Below the pieces are notes generated by a model, which made no database searches, was not told where the DNA came from, and saw only the letters and a program-made list of their open reading frames with translations. The position numbers were made by a program, and so were the translations under genes. 64,000 bases of DNA, taken from contig NC_043009.1 in assembly GCF_006345805.1 (NCBI RefSeq), positions 6,944,001-7,008,000 on the forward strand. Reading direction: 5' to 3'. Within the stretch, counting starts at the first letter, position 1. Every line of letters starts with the position of its first letter. This document shows positions 13,537 to 27,425 of the stretch, piece after piece. This DNA is from Octopus sinensis (Eukaryota).

Positions 13537-13567
<31 letters not shown>

Positions 13568-13657
13568 TATATATATGTATGTATATGTATGTATGTAATA
13601 TGTATGTATGATGTATGTATATATATATTATGTATGTATATATATATGTATGTATGA

Positions 13658-13690
<33 letters not shown>

Positions 13691-13976
13691 ATATGTATGT
13701 ATGATGTATATATGTATGTATGTATATATATATGTATGTATGTATATATATGTATGTATGTAATATATATGTATGTATATATATATGTATGTATATTGTA
13801 TGTATATATATATGTATGTATATATATATGTATTATATATATATATATGTATGATATATATATGTATATATATATATGTATGTATTATATATGTATGTAT
13901 ATTATATGTATATATATATGTATGTATATATGTATGTATATATATATGTATGTATATATATATGTATATATATATG

Positions 13977-14014
<38 letters not shown>

Positions 14015-14104
14015 TGTATATATATATGTATATATATATGTATGTATATATATATGTATATATATATGTATGTATATATATATGTATGTATGTATATATG
14101 TATG

Positions 14105-14144
<40 letters not shown>

Positions 14145-14148
14145 TATG

Positions 14149-14181
<33 letters not shown>

Positions 14182-14794
14182 GTATGTATATATATATGTA
14201 TGTATATATATATGTATATATATGTGTATATATATATATGTATATATATGTGTATATATATAAAAATATATGTATGTATATATATATGTATATATATGTG
14301 TATATATATATGTATATGTATGTATATATATATGTATATATATGTGTATATATATATGTATATGTATGTATATATATATGTATATATATGTGTATATATA
14401 TATGTATATGATGTATATATATATGTAGTATATATATATGTATTATATATATATGTATGTATGTATATATATATGTATATATATGTGTATATATATATGT
14501 ATATATGTATATATATATGTATATATATATGTATATATATGATATATATGTATAATATGTATATATATGTATATATATATGTATATGTATGTATATATAT
14601 ATGTATATATATGTGTATATATATGATATATATATGTATATGTATGTATATATATATATATATAGTATATATATGTATATGTATATATATGTATATATAT
14701 ATATATGGTATATATATATGTAATATATATATGTATATATGTATATATATACATAATATATATATATATATGTGTGTATATATGTATATATATG

Positions 14795-14825
<31 letters not shown>

Positions 14826-14850
14826 GTGGATATATATATATATATAATAT
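13375..14850. repeat. Compound (TA)n/(TATG)n microsatellite, about 1.4 kb
   Basis: Direct reading; source of the 415, 323 and 212 aa artefact ORFs. Confidence 0.97.
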
Positions 14851-15914
14851 TTGATTTTTTACTACTTTCAATCATTAGATTGTGGCCATGCTGGGGATAT
14901 GTATGTGTCTGTTTATCTATTTATCTGTATGTATATATGTATGTATGTATATACGTACGTATCCATTTATTTATTTATATACACGCACATACACACATAC
15001 ACACAGGGAGAGGACACCTGAAAATGTATCCATATAAGCCCCACTAAACTGCGTTGTCTCTCATACCTTAAAATATTACCCAGAACCATAAAGATATTTT
15101 TCATTTAATTTATTTTTCATATTCACATAATTTCCATCGCTCAACCACCATTATTATTAAGATTATTATTATATTTATTATTATTATTATTATTATTAAG
15201 ATTATTATTATATTTATTATTATTATTATTATCATTATTAATATTTAGCATTTTGCGAACAATGAACCAGGCGAGCTTACATTTAGAGTATAACACAAAT
15301 TCACATGCTGGGTACACATGTGTCATCAGTCTTTCGAAAAAAGTTGCTGACAGCGTCCATTACACATATCGCTGTTTCGCCGAAGTCGAACCATTTTTAG
15401 GCACCAGTTAGAGAAGGAAAACTGTCTATATTACTTAAGAGCTATTCTTGTTTTAATGTAAAAAAAAACCAACAAATTTTTAGAAACAAAATAAAATTGG
15501 GGCAAGGCTCTTTTAGAATTCCCTGCTGAGTTTCAGTTTTAATTTTTTTTAATGGTTTTATTGTGTGTCAGATCTTAGGTTTTTAGTTATTTCCATTTTT
15601 TTAAAATTCCTGTATGTATTTCTATTTAAGAAAATCCATTTCATGACAATGGTATGGATGCCATGAATAATTTCGTATTATATCTCTGCTCGCGCGCGTG
15701 TGTGTGTGCATGTGTGTGTCTGAGAAAGAGAGAGAGAGAGAGAGAGAGAGTGCACGTGAACTGTTGTCTCTGTAAGTACATCTGAGCATCTAAGTGCATT
15801 TCTCAACGCGGGAGACAATATTTACACACACAAGTAGATATGCATTGCTTGGCAAATAGTTCATATACGAACACCATAAGAATATATTTGCGATATTATT
15901 AGTATTATGTTATG

Positions 15915-16345
15915 GAGGGTGAGCTGTCTGAATCGTTAACACCGAGGCAAAATGCTTAGCAACATTTCGCATGACTTTACGTTCTGAGTTCAAACTGCAC
16001 CGAGTCTAATCTTGCTTTTCATCATTTCGGGGTCAATAACATAAGTACCAGCCGAGTACTGGTGTCGATGTAATCGACTTATCCCTCCTCGAAATTGTTC
16101 GCCTTGTACTAAACTTTGAAATCATTATTATTGTTGTTAAAGCGGCGAGTTGGCCGGATCGTTAGCATGCCGGGTCAAATGATTCGCAGGGTTTCGTCAG
16201 TCATTAAATTCTGAGTTCAAATACCACCGGATCGAGCTGAACTATCATCCTTTCGGGGTCGATAAAATAAATACCAGTCGAGCACTGGAGTTGATGTAAT
16301 CGACTAAACCCCTTCCCCTAAAATTTCTGGCCTTTTGGAACCATC
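15915..16345 (+). mobile_element. Two tandem SINE-A copies
   Basis: Heads at about 15915 and 16140, each with a B box 'gagttcaaa' and the body motif. Confidence 0.8.
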
Positions 16346-16659
16346 ATTGTTCTTATAGTTGTTGTAATATTTGTTGTTAATATAATGGTGTTACTATTGT
16401 TAGCTTCGTCCGTATCTCATGTAGGTTAGGAGAGTAGAACAAACAGAAATACGGAAAAGAGATGAGTTTGTGTTCGTCCTTATAAAACACCTCGCGGAAA
16501 TTAGTTAGGATAGGCGAATTCTAGATATTTATTGCTGTGTCGGTAGGAACTGGTTTTCGGTTTTGTCATATTGAGCAGTACCCTGTGTAAGTGTCATCTA
16601 CCATAGAGCTAGACCGACTAAAGTTTTGTAAGGTACATGGGAACTCAAATACATATGTA

Positions 16660-16710
<51 letters not shown>

Positions 16711-16720
<10 letters not shown>

Positions 16721-17086
16721 GGCAGTTTGTCTGTGCGTGTTTCTGTGTGTCTGTTTGGTTGTACCCTCACCCTGGCCACGGCTTTCAACCGATTCTGATG
16801 AAACTTGACACACACATAGCCCAATGTCATAATTCAAAACTAACGTAGCGAAAATTTTGAAAAGTTCCCCCAGTTCTGAAAAAATCGATAAATTCGATAT
16901 GGGGTCGAGAATCAGAAACACAAACCGCAAACTGTCTAGGCGACGCAACTCCACCTTTTTTCACTCTCAAAAAAAATTTACCATAATTTTTTTCCATTTT
17001 TTGGCTATTTTTTGGCTATAACTCTCTAAAAATGCTTTATAGTTATTTCCCTTACAAACCTGAGCAACGCCGGGCGATACTGCTAG
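16711..17086 (+). mobile_element. Non-autonomous Helitron (Lep1/HINE-like architecture)
   Basis: 5' end in a TA tract followed by 'gtttgtctgtgcgtg'; 3' GC hairpin 'cctgagcaacgccggg' about 10 nt before a terminal CTAG followed by T; 3' about 110 bp shared with 63140-63531. Confidence 0.75.
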
Positions 17087-17333
17087 TATATATATATATA
17101 TATATATTAGAAGAAATAAGTTACTCAGAAATCTGGCTGGTTTTATATTTACAGATTTTTATTAATATGTCAAATGTTTTTTTATGAATCATATATTAGC
17201 GTTTGCAACCGCAATATATGATTTATAGAAACATATGAGTAATAAAAATCTGTAACTGTAAAACCATCCAGATTTCTGAGTACCCTATTTCTTCTAATAT
17301 ATAATACATGTACATCACCTCCAAAATCTTCTA

Positions 17334-17386
<53 letters not shown>

Positions 17387-18868
17387 CAAACATATAGTTT
17401 ATTGTTCTGATCAACATTTAATGCTCACCCTATTAAGATAGGAGCTATTAATAGTTTCTTGGCACGATGAGACATGGCTTACCGTAGTGTTTATAACGTT
17501 ATTTGTGTCTCCAAACAAAGTTTAAGATATGTGCACATGCTTGCTTCTAGCCGGGTGTCCTCGTGACAAGAAACTATTACAAACACTTATCTATCTATTT
17601 ATCCCCCTTTCCCATCCTCTCTCTCTCTCTCTTTCTCTCCCACATTTTAAGTCCCCCAAAACAATACATCGATAACATCCTTTGACTTCTTCTTCTTCTT
17701 CTTCCTCTACTACTTCCGTTCCTTCTTCTCTTTCGCCTTCTTCTGTTCGTTTTCCCATCTCCCCTTCCCTTCTTCCCACCTATTATTATAAATATCCACC
17801 CTGTTGATTTCAACCCCCACATAATTTCTTCCACACAGACCCATCCCGCAAACACACTTTTAATTTCTGTCCTTTTTATTTCCTCCTAAAACTTTCATAA
17901 AAAGAGTGCTTGATCGACACACAATATACTAACATGTCTTTGATGCAAGTCTGAGAAAGTGCCACGTCAATGTCTAAAACCGCATATATTACATAAGTTT
18001 TCTTTAAGAATTTTCGCTAAACTGGCGATGCAAATGGGGAAGGTACGAAAGCATGTGTAACTTATAATTAAGATGTGTTTAAATATTTTCTTTGTCTACT
18101 TCTTTCCATTGGTATATATATATATCCAGGGTATCCATAGAGTTATTATACTTTTAGGCTGAAAACAACTCCACAATACGGTTGCTGAGGAATATCTAAG
18201 AAGACCAAAGAAATTAATTCACCGTGTATTTCAGAAGTTGGCATCATACGAACATTACAACATAAAATACTTACAAAACACAATATGACATCTTACAGTC
18301 TTCTTCTTCCCTACCAAGAATTCACAACGACCTTGAACCCACAAGAGTAAACAAGAGAGACAGAGACAGGCAGAAACAAGGAAAATGGCCCTTGGATTTG
18401 AATACTATGCAAATATTCTTTCAAAAATCTTTACTTTTAATTTTTCCAAACTTAAATTGTTTTCCATACTTACAGTTGAGAAAGTCTCAATGACTGAAAC
18501 CGGTGCTGAAATGTTTTTATAAAATTATTTTAGCATTGACTTGTTTTCCCATATATATCAACTCGTGTGTTCCTTTTCAACCTTCTACATGCTCCAGCAT
18601 GGCCACCGTCAAAACGACTGAAACAAGTAAAAGAGTAATAGAGTATACACACACACACACATATATATATATGTAGGGGGGGTTGTGTGTGTATCCTAAT
18701 TCAGCGCTTTGCAACTGGTGATATCTTTTCCAGTTACCGTAATGTAGCGGTTCGACAAATGTAACCGATCGAATACCAAAATGTACAGAAACATGCTCAA
18801 CAAAGTTTATTCAACTAAACCCGCGAAAATTGTGACCAAGCATGTTCCAGTGACCGAAATAAGTAAAG

Positions 18869-18919
<51 letters not shown>

Positions 18920-19949
18920 TGGTTGTTAGTTTAGAAAAATCGAGTCTAAACTTTGACGTGTTAGATTATTTAGTTCCGTTTCTAGGTATTTGTGAATCGA
19001 AAATCCTTTCCGAATCAATAAAGACAGTCATTTGATCAGCGTGATCAATAAAGCAAAATACCAATATTATAGAGAGGAATCTTAAATTAACCATACGTTA
19101 CCTCCTTTCACCTAAATATTTGTAACCTTCGTGTTTTGGGGAAAATCACTGTTATTATTGAAATACGTTGTGTGTCGAGATTGGTACAAGTTTAAGAAAT
19201 ACAGTCGAAATTCTTTATGACAGTTAGTCACATCTCTTATTATCTTACTGAAATTACCACCAAGATTCCCTAGTTTCTCTTTCATCTTCGTTAGATCGAT
19301 AAATTTAGTACCAGTCAAGCATTGGGGATCGATTATGTCGATTACACCTCTCCAACAAAATAAGCATCATTATGCTAAAGTAATGAATAATTATTTTTCA
19401 GATATGCAAATACAACGTGACAAAGATGCTTGAAACGCGAGTGAGGAAATCCGTGTTAATTGTCTTTCAGTTAATAATTTCCTGCCGTGATTTGACTTCA
19501 CGTCTTAGAGATATCGATAAAAATAAAAGAACTAATCGGCGACGTTAGATCTATTTGACGATCATTCATGTTGTTTATATTTATTTTCCGATCCTTTTTT
19601 TCTTTTTTTTTTTTTCAGCAATTAAAAAATGCACATCCGCTATCAATACAGATCGCAAAGATTTTCCATAGTCTGAAGACATGGATATCTACTCATTACA
19701 TTTTTGATGTATTTCTGGGGCAAAGAGTTTATTTTCTGTTGAATCAACTCATCCTGACACATCAAATTATCAGACGATATTGTGCGGCCTTGTTTGCTAT
19801 CAGGCCATGAAACTACAGGTGATCATTAGCCACTAGAAAGGAATTATGGGGTTTTGATATATACAAAGACGCACGTACATGAACAAAGACAGACACACAC
19901 ACATACACGCGCACACGAACACACACACATACATACATACGTATATCCT

Positions 19950-20327
19950 TTTCAAATTTTGGCACAAGGCCAGCAATTTCGGAGAGAGAAAATATCGATT
20001 ACATAGACATCAGTGGATGAAAGGTAAAGTCAACCTCAGCGGAATTTGAACGCAGAACCTAGAATTTTTTTCCCCAGTGTTTAAGTGAATCTGCCAGCAA
20101 ACCGTCTTATATTATTGATTTCAAATTTTCTCACAAGGTCAGCAATTTCGACAGAAGGAGTAAGTCGATTGCATCGATCTTAGTACTCAACTGTTATTTA
20201 TTTTCTAGAAACCGAAAGAATGGAAGGCAAAGTAGACCTCGGCGGAATTTGAACCCAGAGCGTGAGACGGGTAAAAATGCTGCTGATCACTTCGTCCGGC
20301 GTGCAAACAATTCTGCCAGCTCACCGC

Positions 20328-20385
<58 letters not shown>

Positions 20386-20900
20386 TTCGCATTTGTTTTC
20401 ATCAACACGTATAATCCTTTCTAATATAGGTACAATGACTGAAACGTCAGGGGAGGTAAGCAGTCTATTACGTCGTCCACAGTGTAAACATTTTATCGAC
20501 CCGAAAGGGTCTACTCTAGGCACAAGGTTCGAAATTTTTGAGGAGGGAGCCAGTCGGTTAGACCGACTCCAGTATATAACTGGTACTTAATTTCTCGACC
20601 TGAAAAGGATGAAAGGCAAAGTCAACCTAGGCGGAATTTGAACTCAGAACATACAGACAGACGAAAGACGCTAAACTTGTCGCATGACGTGCTAACGTTT
20701 CTGCCAGCTCGCCGCCTTAAAAAATTTCTTTTCTACTCTAGGCACAAGGGCTGAAATTGTTGGGGAGGGGGCCGGGCCAGTCGGTTAGATCGATCCCACT
20801 ACGCAACTGCTGCTTAATTTATCGATCCCGAAAGGATGAAAGGCAAAGTCGATCCCGGCGGAATTTGAATCCACAACGTAATGGCTGACGAAATACCTAT
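19950..20900 (-). mobile_element. Train of about 6 co-oriented SINE-A copies
   Basis: Repeated reverse-complement body motif; some units are truncated and fused to the tail of the next unit (e.g. about 20505). Confidence 0.85.
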
Positions 20901-21183
20901 GTCCAAATTTGGCCAAATGCGTTTTTTCAATATATATTTTTGCTTGCAATGTCTGGTTCCTTTGGTTAAAGTATTGTATCTCCAGCTGCATCAGATGCCA
21001 GATTATCAAATATTGCCAATGTGTAGAACAAAAGGTTTTGCTATGGAATAAGGAAACTAATTTTTTTTTTTTTCTGAAAATGCAATGTTTTGGACTTACG
21101 ACACTTTTGCATTATATATATATCTCAATTTCTTCGATGAATATATATTGAGTATATATTTTGCTACGACCATCAGAATTACT

Positions 21184-21510
21184 GGGTAAATTACCCTTAC
21201 AAGCCGGAAAAAATTGTCAACAACCAGCCATAGGACTCGAACCTATATCCCTCAAAGACTCCGACTGAGTGCTTTACCAGTAAGCCCGAATGCCCGCTGG
21301 CAAATTCACAGCCGAATTTAGACGCTAAATGGAACAACCATTCGTGCATAAATGTAAACAAGCAAATATCTTCTCTTTTATTAGAAGCGTCGAATATGTG
21401 AGTTCTACAATACAAATAAGAAGATAATATTTCGAAAGCATTTGCCTTTAGAACAGCAGAAACACAGGGGGAAATTGCCCTTACAAAGCGGCAAAATTTC
21501 TCCACAACCA
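21184..21510 (-). mobile_element. tRNA-like head element with a 43-bp direct repeat at about 284-bp spacing
   Basis: Minus strand 'ctggtaaagca...ggttcgagtcc' (A/B boxes, about 21226-21295); repeat at 21184-21227 vs 21468-21510. Confidence 0.55.
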
Positions 21511-21630
21511 GATCGGACACAATAGGATGAATTACAAAGTATTGCACTACTCTCCGACTCACACTCTCGTATAGGATATAATCTGAATTCATTTAGTAGC
21601 TTCGAAGACAAATCTTGAGTAACGTAAGAC

Positions 21631-22368
21631 GGATCGTTTCGGTTTGAACGGCAGTTTTTAAAAATAATTTCTATGTAAATAAAAAACTTAAAACTTCGTA
21701 TACTGGTAGAATGTGTCTATAAAACATCTTTTTCTCTTGGCTTTCTTGAGAAAATTCTATAGTTTGTAAGATATTTGGTCTTTGATTGCTTGCATTTCGG
21801 CAATTTCAACCAATCAATGACGTCTATTGAGGAGAAAACGATTTCTGCCGTAGTATGTCAACAACATTTATTTACGGTGTCATAAAATTGTCCCTGTTTT
21901 TTATGAGAAAAAAGATACCCTCTGGCCATAAACTGAGGGGTCACTCGTAAACAAAGCTGGATAACAAAACCGTTCCCTCTATAGTGTCCACCCATAATTA
22001 TTGCCCTAGTATCGATCTATTGCATCTCAATCTGTTTTAGGATTAGGGGTTGGGTTAGGGTTAGGGGTGGGGGGAAGGGTATCTTTTTTTCTTCAGAAAT
22101 GTAAATAAACCCAGTCTGTTTCTTAAATGAGGGACATTTTCATATTTCACCGCCAAAAAATTTTACGGCAGATAATGTTTTCACGTAAATTTCACCTAAA
22201 TTTCACCAAAATGAAGAAAATATCTTCCAATATCTTACAAACTACATAATTTTCTCAAGAAAGCCAAGAGATGTTTTATAAACACATTCTACCAGTATAC
22301 GAAGTTTAAATGTGTTTAGGTACATAGAAATTATCTTTAAAAAACTGCCGTTCAAACCGAAAAGATCC
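21631..22368. mobile_element. MITE with long TIRs, probable Merlin/IS1016 superfamily
   Basis: TIRs of about 140 bp starting GGATC; perfect 8-bp TSD cgtaagac (21623-21630, 22369-22376). GG termini with an 8-9 bp TSD are Merlin hallmarks. Confidence 0.85.
22042..22080 (+). repeat. Telomere-like TTAGGG / G-quadruplex-prone tract inside the MITE
   Basis: 'attaggggttgggttagggttaggggtggggggaaggg'. Confidence 0.8.
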
Positions 22369-23277
22369 CGTAAGACATTAACGCTCTGCAAAGATTACCC
22401 CTCTACAAGCATAACAACATTTGGAATACTCCAACTCCGTTCACCACTTTGTAGCCTGTTTCTGTTTGGATGTAATAAGCATCCCAAACGGTTTTATTTA
22501 ATATTATCGATCGCAAACTTCAAGTTACTTCTTTCATTTGTTGACCCGTTGTATTATCACAATAAACTATAATTTTCGCTTCGACAATACCAGAATGAAA
22601 ACTTATATAGCATCATTACCAATTTATTTCGCACAATATAGTGGTAATGGCAGAGATTACTAAAATCCTTTCATACATATGATAAGAGAAGGAAGTTTAA
22701 AAAGGTTGATAATGAGCTCTACGCAAGAAAACGTAAACAACACATTCACAAAACTATTAAAATATGAACACAGCTCCGGCATCAATAATGTATATAAAAG
22801 GAAAACAGCACCTTATAACATACATAAATATATTTATGCATGCATAGACACAAGCACACACACAACCATATATGTATATATATAAATACATACACTCACA
22901 TATGTATACACACACAGACATATATTTATATATCTGTAAGTACTGGTTCATACACACGATTACGCATTTAAGGAAGAGTCTGTGGTAGCACATATTTAAT
23001 AAATTGTTCATATATTTCATTACAATTTTATATTCTTTTACTTGAATTTTTTTAGATACACACACACATACACACACACTCACACACATACACACAGACA
23101 TGTATATATATTTACTTTGTATATATTAACCTTGCACAAATCACTGCCATTTTGACAGACGTCACTACGACAGAAGAAAAATGTGCTACTTTTACATAAC
23201 ATTTAAATTTACTCAGAACGTATTGTATGCTTCAAATATATAACAAAATAGAGAATATAGCTTAGATAAAACTTCAC

Positions 23278-23692
23278 GCAGGAGTGGCTGTGTGGTAAGT
23301 AGCTTGTTTACCAACCACATGGTTCCGGGTTCAGTCCCACTGCGTGGCACCTTGGGCAAGTGTCTTCTACTATAGCTTCGGGCCGACCAAAGCCTTTTGA
23401 GTGGATTTGATAGACTGAAACTGAACGAAGCCCGTCGTATATATGTATATATATATATATAGTGTGTGTATGTGTATGTGTGTGTGTGTCTGTGTTTATC
23501 CCCCTAGCATTGCTTGACAACCGATGCTGGTGTGTTTATGTCCCCGTCACCTAGCGGTTCGGCAAAAGAGCCCGATAGAATAAGTACTGGGCTTACAAAG
23601 AATAAATCTCGGGGTCGAGTTGCTCTATTAAAGGCGGTGCTCCACCATGGCCGCAGTCAAATGACTGAAACACGTAAAAGAGTAAAAGAGTA
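23278..23692 (+). mobile_element. CORE-type SINE family B, full length with internal microsatellite
   Basis: A box 'tggctgtgtggtaag', B box 'ggttcagtccc', CORE-like 'caccttgggcaagt', internal (TA)/(TG) tract, tail (aaaagagt)2. Confidence 0.9.
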
Positions 23693-24114
23693 TATGTCGA
23701 TTAAGGTTGTTCGTCATTTTCGTTATTCTTTCTCTCTGTCTGCGTGGGTTATTTCGAGTATTTTGTTTTATCCGGGAGTCTCTTCTTATAGTAGAAGAAA
23801 TAGCTAAGGTTCTTTGGCTGCTATTTCTAAACTTCGGTATGTGGTAAAGCAAATCTTTGCTGAACCCTAATTATAATTATACTCGTAATTATAAAATATT
23901 AAGTTTACCGAAAAATGGTCCTTTTTCATGCCGAATTCTACTTGTTGGAATTATTAATTACTAGTTAATTAATTAATTTTACCCTTTATTATATATATAT
24001 ATATACGAAAATATACGAACGAAGTCATTGTACAATGTGAAATGTGATTGCTGAAATGATATTCTGTTCATCATCAACAACAATATCAATAACAACATAC
24101 TACAATGAACGACT

Positions 24115-24400
24115 GTGGAGGCACATGGCCTAGTGGTTAGAGCAGCGGAATCGCGGTCCAGGGATCGCGGGTTCGAATCTCAGACCGGACGATGTGTGTA
24201 TATGAGCGAAACACTTAAGCTCAACGCGGCTCCGGCAGAAGGTAATGGCAAACATCTACTGACGCTTTCGCCACAACTTTCTTTCCTCTTTCAGCTCACC
24301 TGCGACGGACCGGCGTCCCGTCCAGGTGGGGAACCTATACGCCAAGGAAAAAGGGAAACCGGCCCTTACCCAGGCGTGGTTCGAGAAGGAACAAACAACA
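24115..24400 (+). mobile_element. V-domain-like tRNA SINE, full length, CpG-rich (young)
   Basis: 13-bp TSD acaatg(a/g)acgact (24102-24114, 24401-24413); (AAC)n tail. Confidence 0.9.
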
Positions 24401-25852
24401 ACAATGGACGACTATATCTTTCTTCTTTTCGAGGTCGAAATAAAGAAGTACCAGTTGAGCTCCTGAGTCGATGAAATAAACTGATGTACGGTCTTGTGCT
24501 AATATTTTATATAAGAAACTTTTATGTAAATACTAAGCTATCGCAAAGGGTTTTTTTTTTTTCAACCCTTCAAACCATGTATCAGCATTCGACTGTAATA
24601 CGTCCGTCTGCGATCGCGCAGCAGAATGTTTTAAACATATACAACCCAGGATGTTGAGGGGCTAATGCTGCTGAAGAGGCTGTGTGTAAGCGGGTAGTGG
24701 AAGTATATCTGGATAGCAACATGATTGTTGAAATGTGACAGCTAACTGGTTGTGGAATAAGTAGATGAAATAATTGATCTAAGGCTTCTTGTAAATTTAG
24801 CAAATAAGGCAGCATAAATTTCTTGCTACTTAAATATTCAAAGATACGATTGACAAGCACATTCAGTTGATAATTCCCATGCCATGCATAACCATAATCT
24901 TTGAACCCGATTAATCTAGTCGAAATTCGTGGAAAAATTTCCCAGTCTATCCGATTTTGCCTTATTTTATATATTCAAGACACCATTAAGCAAGCAATCT
25001 TTTATATTCTTTAAGATGCTACGATGTGATTTGATAGAGATCTGGTTGTTATTTCTAGCTGCGAAATAGACCTTCGATTGTATAAATGTTTCCTGTTTTG
25101 CTAGTGAAATGGTATTTTGATATGAAGCGATACAACTGGTTATCGGTGTAACAGTATCAAAGGATCGTCCTCATCATAGCAGTCATATCAGCTATCAATA
25201 AGAGAGAAAAATGATTTTAAAAAACCTTTGGAGAAGGTGAAAAAAGCGATAGTTTATAGTAATTACTATTTGGAATGTGAGATATATAATGCAATAATTG
25301 ATAAGTTCAAAGTATTTTCGCTTACTGTGTACACGGCCTGCGTTTGTGTGTTTCCTCTTTGCTATATTCTTTGCAAGATATAAGAATGTTTTGATGGTTC
25401 TTTATTCGTTGCTATAAAAAGACGCAGAACTCATTACTGTAAAGCATTACCAGCGGTAGAGAGCTCTTATGCATTATAAGTCAAATGTATCTTACGATGA
25501 AAATGGTAGAATATTAAATAATTGATGGCTTTCATAGAGAAGGAATGTAAACATGTTATAGTAAATTAAAAATGAACGGCGGAGTAAGTCGGATAGAAAT
25601 GCGGTGAATATTTATGAAGAATATAAATAACATGAGAAGAAAATAATTAGATACACTGCAAGAAAAACAAATGTAGATACACACATTCAAATAGATACTC
25701 CCTCTCTCTCTCGCTTTCTTTCTCTCTCTCTCTCTCTCTCTTTCACTCTCTCGCCCTCTATCTCTCGTCACATACATATATCTATATGCATACATTGTGT
25801 TTGTTTTTATGGCGTTATATATAAATACAATTTAATATCGAATGAAGAATTC

Positions 25853-25904
<52 letters not shown>

Positions 25905-27374
25905 TATATATGTGTGTGTGTGTGTGGGAGAGAGAGAGACGCACAGACAGACAGTCAGTCAGAAGTAATGACTGAGTGATAGATATGTGGAGATAGATAT
26001 ATAAATAGATAGATAGATACATGCATACATACATACTGACGTACATACATACTGACGTACATAAATACATACACACATACATACATACATACATACATAC
26101 ATTACATACTTACAAACATTCATACACACATAGCGGAGGATGTTATTAGAAAAAAGTCTGAGGAATTAGCAAGATGGGAAAGAAATGGATAGAGAAAAGG
26201 GGGCTACATTCATGAACATGAAGCGAGAAAAATATTGAAAATGTAAAAATGCGAATGTAAAATAATAGGCCATGTAAATATTTAAATGCATGAATTAAAC
26301 AAATTTTTTCACACAAAAAACAGAAAGTTAATTTTTTTTAAATAAACAGTTGAAGGGAAAAAATAAGGAAGATTTCAAATCAATTTTGAATATGGAATAG
26401 GTTGTAGAATATCAAGAAAAGAAAAAGAGTGAGTATATAAAGCTGTTAAGCATCTGAAAATCGATAGAAAAAATAATATCTGCTGTTCATTTTTTCCGTG
26501 CTTCAATAAATTTCTTCCTTCTTTACTTTTGGAAGTAGTTTATTATTAAAAAAAAAAAACTATGAAACATATTTATAATTTATTTTACACAACAGCATAA
26601 TTGAAATAAGAAGAGAGAACGTAATTCTTTTAGAAATAAATGGAAGTTATAGTCAGAAAATTTTAGCAGAAATGCCACGTTGTTAATAAATAATATTAAT
26701 CGCAACAACACGAAGATTGGCATTATTAAACAGAAATTTTAGAACTACAATAATAATTATTTGTAAAGTAAACATGAAGCCAAAAGTTTGCGCAGAAGTT
26801 TTAGGCGATTAAATGGATCGCGGTACTTGATAAAACAGAATATTTTATCGGTCCTCCGTGGAATTAGAAATCAGAAATCAAAGAGCTATGACGAAAAACT
26901 GTAGTAGAATTTCCCTAACTCCCTAACAATTCTACCATGCTTAATAATTTCTAATTCAGAATCAAGATTGAAGGATGTGAGGCGATGAAATCAGCCCTAG
27001 TCATCTATTGGTCCCCTATGTTATTCAAATCTGACGGATGAACGGCAATGGTGATCTTAGAACCATTACAGTGATGCATAATGTCTGAAGCTTCATAACA
27101 TCCACGGCAACAACATCAATAATAATGTAATCGTCTAGGCCCTTGGATTTCAGGCTTTGAGCCTGTAGTAAAAACGATTACCATTTTTATTAAAACGGTG
27201 AGCTGCCAGAGCCGTTAGCACAATGGACGAATTGATTAGCGGTATTCCCCTGTCGCTACGTTCTGAGTTCAAATTTCGCCGAGGCTGACTTCACTTTTCT
27301 TCCTTTCGGAGATCACCATTGAAAATCCCTCTTGTGATACCGAGGGTGCCCAGGTTTTTCCGTGTGGCTGGGGA

Positions 27375-27425
<51 letters not shown>

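Noticed and set aside
13628-15047. 415-aa, 323-aa and other long ORFs
   Set aside because: Entirely microsatellite-derived.
21420-21462. Hammerhead-like motif on the minus strand (CUGCUGU...aaag/cttt...GAAAU)
   Set aside because: The core deviates at two catalytic positions and helix I does not pair.
22042-22080. Interstitial telomere or chromosome-fusion scar
   Set aside because: Only a few imperfect units, and they lie inside a TSD-flanked MITE.
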